This document shows, piece after piece, positions 24,400 to 35,420 of a DNA stretch of 64,000 nt. Position numbers and translations under genes: made by a program. The DNA is from Podarcis filfolensis (taxonomy: Eukaryota), in NCBI GenBank assembly GCA_964270895.1, contig OZ185442.1; one strand, given 5' to 3'. How positions within the stretch are numbered: the first letter of the stretch is position 1; every line of letters starts with the position of its first letter. Below the pieces are notes generated by a model, which worked only from the letters and a program-made list of their open reading frames with translations, was not told the origin of the DNA and did not search any database.

Positions 24400-26900
24400 T
24401 CTTCGGAGGCCAGAGGCTATCAAATCAGACATGCAAAAACGACTGGAATAAAAGAATGAGAGAGGCACAGAACCGGGGAGGGAAAGAGACGCAGAGAAAA
24501 CTGAAATCCCGCTGCCCAGAACGTGCTTTGTATGTTCTGTTTACTCAGAAGTAAATCCCACGCGGGGTTTTCGTGAGATGGACTGCCGAGCCCAGTTTGC
24601 TTAAGGTCTCAGCCTCGCAACGCAATCCTAGGCGCGCTTTAATCGAAAGGAAAGTTTCCCCAGGAAAGTGGGCACCGGGTCGTACCACCTAGCAAGTTAT
24701 TGCGATGCTCGAGGGTTCATACATTATCAAGCAAGTGGGTGGGTGGGGGACTCCCCAAGTCCCTTTGGAGGCGCGATCCGCAAAGCAGTTAAGCAAGCCG
24801 CGGCGCTTCCCGAAGATCGTATTCGAGCTCGAAAGTGAAAATGACTCGAAGTGAAAAGAATCAGCTGAGCTGACTTCGAAGTAAAGGAGTACCGTAACAG
24901 GCGTTTACATTCCAGAGATCAAGACAGACGATTTCCGCTGTTTTTTGGAGGGTGGGGAGGAAGACTTGAGAGGGCTGACCCGGGTTAGACACTGCATGTG
25001 AGAATCCCATCCCAGTCTCCCTCGGCAGGCATACCGAGCCACCCACCTGTCCGACGTCTCCTTGGTTTGCAGCGTCTTCGGAACCGACTCAGAAGCGAGC
25101 GGCCGTCGAGGGCGGGTTTACTGGAAGTGAAACACCGTCTCAGGGAAGCGGAGAGGCACGTAAGACAGGAAAGGGATTCCCAGCTGGTAAAATCTCCCTT
25201 GAATCTGGGAATCTAGCACCAGCGAAGCGTTGAAAGCCGTGCGCGTCTCGGCGCCCGCGAGGAGGCAATCGCCGGCGAGGCCGTCCAGTTTGGAGATGCC
25301 TTTGGCCGGCCTGTGGAGGGCTTTCTTGGAGAGGATGCTGTCTATGCTGAAGCTCTGAGGCTTAGCGGAACTCCTCGGGGCGTCGGGGTCCGCCGGGTTG
25401 GCTGCGGGTGCCCCTGAAGGTGCCGGTTCCTGGGGGAGCCTCGCCCCAGCATGCTCCAAGGCGCCCTCTCCCTGGACGAGCGCGTGATCCTTCAGGGAAG
25501 ACTCGGGGCGCGCCGAGTGGCTCCTAATAGTCGCGCATCCGGACGGGGTCACCTGGAGGTGATGGCGGAGTCCGCTTGGGCCTGATCCAGGGCCGTTCCC
25601 TCCTCCTTTCTCTCCTCCCTTCGCGAGGTCCAGCCTGACCCTGGAGTCTTCATCCTTGCCCAAAGTTGGCGCCAAGTCTTCCTCGACGGCGGAGTTAGTG
25701 GTGAGGAGGTGGTGGTGGTGGTGATGGTAATGGCGGTGGCTCTCCCGAGGCCTCTTGCCTTGCTCCTCAGGCGCCTCTGCACCACCACCAGAAGAGGCTT
25801 CCCCGTCCCTCTCCATCCCCTCGGCATCCTCTCCACCGACGGCGCTCCCCGCTGCTTTGGGCTTCCTCTTCCTCCGCCGGTAGTTCCCGTGCTCGAACAT
25901 GTCGAGGCACCGGGGGTCCAGCGTCCAGTAGCTCCCTTTGCCCGGCCGCCCCTTCTCCCGGGGGACCTTGACGAAGCAGTCGTTGAGCGAGAGGTTGTGC
26001 CGGATGGAGTTCTGCCAGCCCTGCTTGTTGTCGTGGTAGAACGGGAATCTCTCCATGATGAACTGGTAGATCCCGTTGAGCGTCACCTTCTGCTCGGGCG
26101 CTTCCTTGATCGCCATGGCGATCAGCGCGATGTAGCTGTACGGAGGCTTCTGCGGAGGCTCCTGCCGCGACAGCACCCCCGCCGAGGCGAAGCCCAGAGC
26201 CCCGGGGAGCCCTCCCCGCTCTGTCCCGTACAGGTATACCATGGGGGAGCTGCCCAGGGCTGCGGGGAGGGAGCCTCTGTACAGCTGGCTCATGGCAGAT
26301 CCGAAGTGACTCGGGCTTGCCAGGGCTAAGGGAAAGTGGGGCTCCCTCTAGGACTCCCCCAGATCTGCCTGCGCTGCGAGGATCGTGGTGGCGCCCGTCC
26401 CTGCTCGCCTCGCTTTGGGCTCTTCCCCTCCTGTCGCTGCTTCATAGCGCTTTTTTTCCCCCAAGGGGGGTGGATGGGGGAGAGAGAGAAAGGAGAAGGA
26501 GAAGAAGAAGGGGGGGCGGGAGGAAATGTGAAATAATTGTTGTAAGTTTGCGATTATATGTTGACTTAGCGCTGGAAAATAAATTGTCTCCGATAAACAG
26601 CCGTTTGTGCGCCCTCGGCCCACCCACATTAATTAGAACTCTGCGCGGCGACTGCAGCCGTTCCACGTGGCTCGGCCGTACCAGCCAATGGGTCTCCCCC
26701 GCGCTCCCTTCATTTGTTTATAGCATTAGTCTGTTGATAAGTCTGCCCACCCAAGACGAATCAAGCTGTGTTTATTTGGAAAAATTTCCGGGCACCCAAT
26801 ATATAAACGCACTGATCTGATGTTTGAAATCTCACGTCCACCCACCCCCACCCCACCCCGCTCCTTCCTCCCACCCACCCCAACCCCTGGAAGCACACAC
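24400..26900. promoter_or_regulatory. FOXL1 CpG island and promoter
   Basis: Visibly CpG-dense; minus-strand TATAAA at 26717-26722 overlapping a forkhead ATAAACA; GLI-like sites at 26618, 26745, 26836; CACGTG and CCAAT near 26660-26690. Confidence 0.75.
25118..26293 (-). CDS. FOXL1: Forkhead box protein L1, single coding exon, 391 aa
   Basis: N-term [26 protein letters not shown], forkhead domain [15 protein letters not shown]...[49 protein letters not shown], eh1-like FSIDSIL, C-term [20 protein letters not shown]; synteny with FOXC2 and MTHFSD. Confidence 0.96.
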   Translation of the reverse strand: MSQLYRGSLPAALGSSPMVYLYGTERGGLPGALGFASAGVLSRQEPPQKPPYSYIALIAMAIKEAPEQKVTLNGIYQFIMERFPFYHDNKQGWQNSIRHNLSLNDCFVKVPREKGRPGKGSYWTLDPRCLDMFEHGNYRRRKRKPKAAGSAVGGEDAEGMERDGEASSGGGAEAPEEQGKRPRESHRHYHHHHHHLLTTNSAVEEDLAPTLGKDEDSRVRLDLAKGGEKGGGNGPGSGPSGLRHHLQVTPSGCATIRSHSARPESSLKDHALVQGEGALEHAGARLPQEPAPSGAPAANPADPDAPRSSAKPQSFSIDSILSKKALHRPAKGISKLDGLAGDCLLAGAETRTAFNASLVLDSQIQGRFYQLGIPFLSYVPLRFPETVFHFQ

Positions 26901-27006
26901 AAAAGCAAGAGATCTTATTCGCTGCTGCAGCTTAGAAGGGAAAAGACGGGGAGCCAGCGGGGAGCTCGTTAGCCTGGCTTTCTGGCTCTCTTTCCATTCC
27001 GGGGAT

Positions 27007-27352
27007 GGGGAAGGGCCGTGGCTCCGTGGCAGAGCATGTGCTCTGCATGCAGAAGGTCCCTGGTTCAATCTGCGGCATCCCCAGGTAGGGCTGGGATATC
27101 CCCTGCCAGAATTGCTGGAGAACCGCTGCCAGTCAGTGTAGACAACACTGGGCTAGATAGACCAACAATTTGACTCTGTATAAGGTAGCTTCCTGTACCT
27201 TCTTGCTATATTTCAGTGGGAGAGCATCTGGTCTGCATGCAGAAGGTCCCAGGTTCAGGCCCCAGCATCTTCAGGGAGCTCAGTGTAGACAATACTGGAC
27301 TCGGTGGACCAATGGACTGACTCAGTAGAAAGTCGCTTTCTCTATCCCTATA
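27007..27352 (+). mobile_element. Tandem pair of Squam3-like SINEs just upstream of FOXL1
   Basis: tRNA-like head gggccgtggctccgtggcagagca...ggttcaatc and body gtcagtgtagacaa..., repeated twice. Confidence 0.78.
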
Positions 27353-27361
27353 CTAAACTCC

Positions 27362-27490
27362 TATCTGTGGCCCTTCAAATGTTGTTGGAACTCCAACTCC
27401 CATCAGCCCCAGCCAGCATGGCCAACAGTTAGAGATAATGGGAATTGTAATCAGCAGCATCTGGAGGGCCACAGATTCCCCATCCCTACC
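27362..27490. mobile_element. Palindromic MITE (gtggccctccagatgttg... family; further copies near 15.9, 22.45, 27.9, 29.6-29.9, 43.5, 45.95 and 59.35 kb)
   Basis: Inverted arms tgtggcccttcaaatgttg...aactcccatc / gggaattgtaatcagcagcatctggagggccaca. Confidence 0.7.
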
Positions 27491-29681
27491 CTACTGCAAG
27501 GACATCCCTACCCTACTGCTGTGGTCCTCCAGATGTTGGGAGATTTTAGGAAAGAAATAGTTGTGGAATTGGAGACTCCAAGGTAATGGTGGGAAGCTCC
27601 AGGGCGCTTTAAAAGAGAGACAAATGCATGGGAGAAGCAATCAATGGCTACTAGTAATGGTGGCTGCATGTTGCATCTCGTGTACCTCTGAGCATCAGGT
27701 TCTGCAGATCAGGAGCAGAAGAAACCCATTGTGCTTGTCTACCACATCTGGGCTTTCCAGAGACATCTGCTATCACTGCTGGAGCAGCTTGCTGGACTGG
27801 ATGGGCCTGGCAACTGATTCAGCAGGGCTCTTACTATCTTCTTATCTCACTGGACTCCCAGTGCTTTTCATTTTCAGCCAGCATGGTCAAAGATTGTAGG
27901 AACTGGCATCCATCAGTATCTGGAGAACCACAGGTTGCCCACCCCAGCCCATCTGGATCAGGCCAGAACAGCTTTCTGTTTCAGCAGTGGGTTGCCAGAT
28001 GCGTTTTTGAGAAGAAACTCACAAGCAGGGTGTAAAGGGAACCCCCTCCCCCTGCGCCAATTTATTATGAGTCATTGGAATATGGATTTCTTCCAATCCA
28101 ATAATTGGTCTAATGAGATGTCCCTTTGAAGAATCTATGCTGGTAGCCAGCAGCAGCACATCTTCTGAATGAATTCCATAGCTTAATTCTGCCTGGTTTG
28201 TGAAGATGGACTTTCTTTTGTCCTGTAGTCAGTGCCACTGAACAACCCCAGTTCTGGAGTTACTCCTTTTGTAAACTGCTTTGAGGTTTTACTACAATCA
28301 AGCAGTGTATAAATCTTGTGAAATAAGAAAGGGAGAAAAACGATTCTATGGCCCTCTTTCCACACACCTTGCATAATTATTTAAATGTTGTTTTATGTGC
28401 CTCCCTCCCTCTAAAACCCAGCCCTACGCATATTTATTGGGGGGGGGTTCCACTGAATTCAGAGTGGCTTACTCCCAAATAACTGTGCATTGTATTGCAG
28501 CCTCGGGGCTCATTTATGCTTGCCCTGTATATCAATCAGATTGTATACCAATTAATTCTCCCAGGTCTGAGAGTGCTTGGAAAAACTTCCCAAAATTTAT
28601 TTGGGAAGAAGAGAATGAGTATGTACACAAAGGACCAAAGCCTCTATCATGCCATATTCTTTCCCCTGCTATAAGTGACCCCAAGAAAGATGCTTGACAA
28701 TGGAGGCTGGTTCATTAGGTCACATGGGGCACTGCCCCACCAATCTTGGTCTGCCCTTAGCTACAACCTCACTTCCTGCTTCTTTACAACCAGTCTAGGC
28801 TGTCAGCTTCCCACTTACTCTCAGTGTTGTACCTTATGGAGATCAGCAACAATGATGGCAAAACTAAAATCAGTTGGCTCCACCTGTGATTGGCTCTGGC
28901 TCCACCTTCTGCTGGTCTCTTTGCCTTCTGCCCCACCAGTTGCAACAGACACCAGCCATCACTGATGCCTAAGCCCCTCTCCCACAACTTATCCTATGTG
29001 CAACTGCAGTTAATACAAGAGATGACATGTGATGGCATTGAACGTTTTGGTGCCTGTGGCAGAAACCCAGCATGGGGACTGGAGAAAGTAAAGAACTTGA
29101 CCATTTGCTGTCCTTTCATGATCCCCCCCCCCCAGACCAGCTGCCTCTTGGCAGGTCCATCCACCCCTGGAGAGAACTCAGCAGAACAATCTCATGTGTG
29201 TGTTGCATCTCAGCCAATAGGTTACATTGACATCCGGAGCTGATTTAAAACTAAGCCAATTGAAGCCTTGTAAAAAAGAAAAAAAAAGAAAAACCAGGCT
29301 GCCTCTTGTGTCTGCTTTTCCTTAAATCAGCCTGTCAGTACCAATGTAAAACCTGTGTGGTGTACGGACGCTTGTGAGTGTGCGATTTCTCTCCCACGCT
29401 CAACCTTGCACTGGCAGCATTCACACATGTTGCAAAGAACACAAGAGAGAAAGGCACCACAACACTTCTCCCTTTTTTCTAGGGTTTCTTCTTCTTCTTT
29501 TACTTCCTAGTGTGAAAACAGGCTGGCATCTGGATTGTGTCAGCTGTAAACATTGCAAATGTAGGAAATAAAAGCATGAAAATAAACTTGTTTTAAACAG
29601 AATGTTCATTCTGGTAGCTCACAGATGGGGAACCTGCGGCCCTCCAGATGTTGCTGGACTCCTATCCTCCATGGCTCCCAT

Positions 29682-29849
29682 CATAAAATATTGTGGGGGG
29701 GAGGTAAGCCCCCCCCCTTAATGGATCACATGATGCAATGCACACACACCATTTGAATGGGAATGTGCATCAACTTTGTGGGGGCCTCCCTCTCAAATAT
29801 TTTATTGTGGGGTCAGAGCCCCCACGGCCCCTAGGAGTTGGCTCCCATG
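29682..29849. mobile_element. hAT MITE nested in a palindromic MITE (about 29620-29925)
   Basis: 8-bp direct repeat gctcccat at 29674-29681 and 29850-29857; right TIR taggagttggctcccatg; related copies near 35.8, 36.5 and 55.1 kb. Confidence 0.7.
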
Positions 29850-30000
29850 GCTCCCATCCTCCATTCGCCTTGCTGTCTGAGGCTGATGGGAGTTGAAGTC
29901 CAACAACATCTGGAAGGCCACAGTTCTGTGTGTTGCTTCTGCAACACTCCCTGTTGTTCATGTGGTCTGGTGACCAACCACCACAAACTGACAATAGAGA

Positions 30001-30100
30001 AACAAAAATTTTAATAAAAAATTTCCAGTAGTACCTTAGAGACCAACTAAGTTTGTTATTGGTATGAACTTTTGTGTGCATGCACACTTCTTTAGATAGT
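30001..30100 (-). mobile_element. Penelope-like pseudo-LTR fragment with degenerate hammerhead motif
   Basis: Shares ccagtag(c/t)acctta(a/g)agaccaactaag with the 54.8-kb element; minus strand reads ctat-ctaaaga-agtgtgcatgcacac-aaa-agtt-c-atac. Confidence 0.65.
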
Positions 30101-31949
30101 CTCTCCTGATTTGTCTTGAGATGTGAGCCTGCAATGCATTTGAACCCTCACATGAAGCAGCATGGGGAGGTGGCTCAAAGATCACGAGAAGAACAGGATT
30201 TTATGCATGTGGCAGGGCTGGCTTGGGTAAGCATTGACAGCCTGCTGCTGAAACCCCCACTCCAACAGATTGGGGAGGGCACTGCCAATTCCCAGAGCTG
30301 CCTACTGTTTGCTGTTGCTAACCTATCCTTTACTGGTGTGTGAGTAGTGACAGGAGCATGGAACAGCAGCCTTCAGCAGCCTTGCCCTCTCCCTCTGAGG
30401 TAGTGATGTGCATTAGACCCAGAGACAGAGGCAGTGGAGAATAGACTATTACAGTCAATGGGACACCGCTCCACCAACTTCCACCAGGTGTCACCTGTCT
30501 GCCTTCAAGCAACCAGCACTGGCTGTCAGCTTCTTCCTCAGTCTCTGCATTGCCCATGCAGAACTCAGCAGAGAGAAGAAGGTGGTGGGGGGGACTAGAA
30601 AGAATTAGCTTCCCCTCTCATTGGCTCTGACTCTGCCTACTATGGACCTCCCCACCCTCTGCCCTATCAGTCCCAACGTCCAGCACCAACCATCACTGGA
30701 CAGTGGGCAAGCAAGTTCAAACCAAAGTGATTAGGAGGAGTTGGGGGCATTTGGGGTGGAACCCTTGCCACGTCCAAGTCCCTGCCACACCCCACCACCA
30801 CAAAAGCAAACCTAGAAAGAACCAGTACCATTTTGTTTGTGGGCAAAGAACATCAGTGCTGGAGCAAATCCATAAACATGGGTTTCTGTTTGAATGCACA
30901 AGTATAAATCTTTCAGCACAACTTGTTAAAAACACACATCGTCTCAAGAGTATCTTTTCAATATCCTTTATTTGCTTTGAAGAATGAAAGCAGGCCAATT
31001 TACATGGGTGCTCTGGAAAAGAACAATATAACCAATCAGAACATGTACAAGCTCAGGAACACAACCTTCCGATGTGCTAGTGTGCTTCAGGTTCTATAAA
31101 GAAAAGGATGTGTTAGGAAGCCATACTCCGGAGGTGACTAGCCCCCAATTTGAGGGCTTGATCTCCCACCACCACCACCAATCAATTTTGTATTTCCCTA
31201 CCTCCAAGACCCCACTGGGTTTGACTTAGGTTATTATATTATGGTTATGATTTTATGACCTCTGTTTTGAGGTCACACTGAAATGGCAATCCCCAAAACG
31301 TCATGAACAGGGGAATACTTGGCAATGTCCCAGGGGAGCCTGAGTCTCCGTGTGCTCAGGCCTGTTGCTTTATATTATGTACTTTCCTGTTTATAACAAA
31401 GAAAGGGATTTATAACAACTTTAGAAGTGCACACAGCTGCTTGGTGCTTACATTAGGCATTTGGGAAGCTTGGGTTTTGTGTAAACGTTCAGTGGGCTTG
31501 ATATTTATCTCTATTTTTATTTACTGGCGTCATGGGTTGCATCGAAGGTGGTTGCAATTCAGAAAAAAAGGTATGTGTGGGGGCAGAGTAAGTATGGCAA
31601 AATAGAGGATCCCCCACACGCACAGACACGCACACAAACTTTGCTTCCTTATGCCCTCCCCTTTTCTGTCCCACAAGCTCCACCCCCCTTTCCTGCAACT
31701 CAGATAAGGGCAAAATTTAACACCCTGTGAACCATCTGTTTTCATTTTCCAAAAAAAATCAAGTTACTAGTTCCTATCACTTTGGAAATTGGCTTGATTG
31801 AGAGTGCATGGGCAAAATCACACAGCTAAATCACACAATTTGAGCTGGGGGAAAGGAGACTGGCTGAAGATATTTTCAGAGATGAGGGGCAGCACTTCAG
31901 TGTTGGGCAGAGGTCTTCACTCTTTGCCTTGAATCAAGACATGTTCATA

Positions 31950-32630
31950 TACATACATCACTACAAGTGGGGTTAAGCAAATCTAGGTGGTTTGGCGGGG
32001 GATGTATCAGTGACTTAGCCATGATATCAAAATGGAACCTCCATATATAAGAGCAGCATGTGGCAACTATGAAAAGGCAAATACTATGCTAGGGATTTAT
32101 TACTGAAAATGAATCTCCCAGAATTGTACTGCATTTTATATCAGGGTGGATGTGAGGGGTATTTTTCAGCCTGAGTTCTGCGTCGGGTGGGGTGAGGGTG
32201 GGAAGCTATAGCTGAGGTGAATAGTCTGGAGAAAATGAATGTGGAAAGATTTTGTTTTTCCTTCTCAGTGCTAGAATCATGGATGTCTACCTCCACTGTG
32301 GGACACAGTGTGCTTCTGAATACCAGCTGCTAGGAATCCCAAGTGCAGAGAATGCTCTTGCGCTCAGATCCTGTTTGGGGGCATCCCATAAACATTTGCT
32401 TGGCCACTGTAAGAACAGGCTGCTGAACTAGATGGGCCACTTGCCTGCTCCAACAAGGTTGGACTTCTTATGAGTTGGAGGGTTCCTTGTAGACTATTAG
32501 TCTACTGGTCCAACGAAATTCTGGAACTGGTTGCTCCACAATGTGTGGATGGTCACTACCTTAGATGGCTTTCAATTGGAAGTGGATAAATTTAGAGAAG
32601 AGAGCTCTATCAATGACTGCTAGCTATGAT
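31950..32630 (+). mobile_element. Mosaic of old CR1 3' fragments
   Basis: aaaaggcaaatactatgctagggatt, gggaagctatagctgaggt, gaactagatgggcc segments typical of CR1 ORF2 end and 3'UTR; boundaries approximate. Confidence 0.55.
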
Positions 32631-32639
32631 GTAGATGGA

Positions 32640-32840
32640 GTGTTGGTCTAGGCCGGACCAGGGTTCAAATCCACACTCAGCCAAGGAGCTCACAGGGTGA
32701 CATAACATTGATCCATCACTGTGCCTCTCAGCCTAACCTGCCGCACAGAGTTGTTTTGGGGACTGGTTAAGAAGGGGAAGGACCATGTATGCCACCTTGA
32801 GATCCTTGGAGAAAAAGGTGTGATATAAATGCAATAAGTA
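32640..32840 (+). mobile_element. tRNA-derived SINE with L2-like tail (similar copies about 36585-36800 -, 37410-37600 -, 60515-60700 +)
   Basis: B-box gggttcaaatcc, core ctctcagcctaacct...cacagagttgtt, tail gccaccttgagatccttggagaaaaaggtgtgatataaat. Confidence 0.65.
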
Positions 32841-33423
32841 AATTCAACGTGTGTGTGTAAAAAAATATCAAAGTGCAGAACTTTATACGCCCAAATGGCA
32901 CCATCCATATAAAGAAAGTATCAGAAAGCTTGGAAGAACTCCAGCATTTGCAGAAATATTTATGGGGGCAAACCAAAAAGGGAAGGGCAAAGGTAGAGGA
33001 AAGGAAAGGTCACAGATGAGAGCTGGGAGGGCCTGTCGTTTTCTTTGGAGGCCAGGATTAAGAGCTAGCTTTGGATAGGAAGGAGATTCTGTATCAGTTC
33101 ACAGTTTTTGAATTTTAGATACTCTGCTGCTGATTTTTCCCTCTTTTATTTTTTATGCTACTGCTGCTGTTACAAGAATCTGCATTTTATTATGCATTCC
33201 ACATTACTATAATTGTATCTACATAACTGTTTTGATTTTTATCTTGTCTAGATGTGATGTGATGTGGTTATGTTTTGCTGTGTTATGTTATGTTATGTTT
33301 TATGTTACGTAATGTATTGACATTTGTATTCTATTTGTAAACCACCCTGTAGTTTTTTGACAAAGTATATAAATGTATTTAGTTTTCCTATCATTTGAGA
33401 AACAGAAAATGTGTGTTCATGAG

Positions 33424-33426
<3 letters not shown>

Positions 33427-33459
<33 letters not shown>
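33427..33459. repeat. (CA)n microsatellite
   Basis: pure ca run. Confidence 0.92.
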
Positions 33460-33462
<3 letters not shown>

Positions 33463-33999
33463 AGACTGTGTGTGCAGGCACTTAGTGATATGTTTATCAG
33501 CCCAGTCCTATGTACATTTACTTAGAAGAAAACCCATTAATTTCAATGGGTTTTACTCCCCAGCTGATGCAAAGATCTGTGCATAGGATTGCAACTTGTA
33601 TGTGTTTACACACAGAGAGAGAGAGAGAGACAGAGCAGCAGCACATTTAATATTTGAGTATTCATTATGGTTTTGGTATGATGCAAAGCTCTTATATTTG
33701 CTAATCCATTTACTTGCATCATTACTGAAATAGTTTTAAGCTTGAGAGGGCTGCTTTGAAAGCAGGGTCAAAGCTGTGAACACCAAAAGCTGAGTGCAAG
33801 TCAAAACCCCTTGTGCTTTATAAATAAAAACAGAATGACTACTAGATGGGTATGAAATAAATAATACCTATTAAGAGCACAGGTAAACATACATCCATAA
33901 TGTAATATGCCCATTGCAGAACTTGAACGTGCAGAGGGGAAACACGTGGTTTTAAAATCCAAATTCATGGAAGAAAAAAGGGAGAAGAAAAACATTCCA

Positions 34000-35420
34000 C
34001 CCGCAGTGCCAAGCACACTTACCCGGAAATAAATTCTGTTAAAATAAATGGGGTTACTTTTTGAGGAAAGAATGCCAAAATTAAAAACCAGGAGGGAAAG
34101 AGTGGATCGAATGGGTGCGGCTGCCTCCTCTTCAGTCTTCCTGAAGCCACCAGATCCCTACTCCTGAACATATTAAGCAATTAAGTCCAGTTAATGATTT
34201 CGGTGGGGTTTCCATGATTGAGGACCGGAGAGCATCTGCTGTGTAAGGGCACTGGGCAGCCAGGGCGTGGGGCGAGGCTGATGAAAATAGACTCTTGACT
34301 CAGGAGCCAGTCGTTCGAAGTATCCCCGCCCGCTCCCCACTGAACATCCATTCGGATCATAAAAGTGAATGCGGAGTAAAGTTCCGGGTGGTTCTGGCTC
34401 CTCAGCTGGCTCCGGAGCTCAAATCGCGGGAAAACCGAAGTGAAGTCCCCAAGGAAGTTACCATCTCTCTCTTTTTTTTCTCTGCCTAACCCTTTCGTGG
34501 GAAAGACGGCTGGAATATCGGCGCTCTCTCCGCGACAAAAGGGTGGTGGGAGGATTCAAAAAGGACCATAATAAATAATACTCCTTTAGAGCGCAGGGTA
34601 ATCGGATTTAGGAGCAGGTTTGCACGCGACTCCAGAGAGAAATGACGCTGGCCACGTTTATAAGGGTGGGGTGAATGGGACACTTAAAAAGGGGGGGGGG
34701 GGATGCAGCAGTTCCCTAGAATGAGGAGAAATACGGTAACACACTAGAGACACTCAGGCCACCAATCAAAGGCCCCCGAGCTTGTGATTGGCTAATTTAA
34801 TGTCTCTTCTCCATTGCCGAAAATGAATGAAATTGACTAGAACGCCTTGTGGCTGAAGAGAGAGGAAAGTTACATTTTTTAAAAAAACACAATAAGAAGA
34901 AAGGCGTGGATAAATGGTTTCTGAGCATATGCAAAGAGCTTTCCCTTTGAGCATCAGTAGCAGCCACCGCACTTAGGAGCACAAAGAGTTTCCAAAGCTT
35001 CCACTGAAGCCGGCTTCATTCCTTGGAAATGATCAGCGGGCAGAGACATAGGAAAAGGTCGTCGCTCGACGGTCAGTGACTTGCTTTGCACGCAAAAGTT
35101 TCCAGGTTAAATCTCTGGTATATCCAGTTAAACGCAGCCAGCCAAAGTTGTGAGCTTTTCTTGGGAAATCAGGCGTAATACCCCATAAATAGGAAATTGC
35201 GGGGGGGGGGAGCTTCTGCTGGGGGGCCAGAACCTTAGATAATTGAGTACTTTCAATGCTTTACAATAATATTTGTGGATCTAGGGGGCGGCTGTCCCCC
35301 CTTGACTACGCCCATGGGTAGACGACATATGGGAAATAGCTACGGGGGTGGGGGCTAGCCGGGTTTTTTGCTGCGGGCCTCCAGGGGGGTCCCAATGCTT
35401 GTCATTGAGGCTCCCAGTCT
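34000..35420. promoter_or_regulatory. Orphan CpG-rich island, candidate enhancer between FOXL1 and FOXC2
   Basis: CpG retention far above flanks, no recognisable repeat in 34.0-35.15 kb; ETS (ccggaaat 34023), TCF (atcaaag 34765), inverted CCAAT pair, TAAT and octamer-like motifs. Confidence 0.5.

Noticed and set aside
24831-24840. ISRE/IRF-like GAAAGTGAAA with nearby tcgaagtgaaaa echoes in the FOXL1 3' region
   Set aside because: A single 10-mer without supporting context; cannot be told apart from chance.
26348-26629. Possible 93-codon uORF in the FOXL1 leader
   Set aside because: Depends on an unverified transcription start; the peptide is low complexity.
25709-26820. Antisense ORFs over FOXL1 and its promoter (206 and 167 aa)
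   Set aside because: Same GC-rich shadow effect; non-ATG starts and low-complexity products.
27007-27085. tRNA-like sequence with A and B boxes (also in other SINE heads)
   Set aside because: Continues into SINE body and tail; not a tRNA gene.
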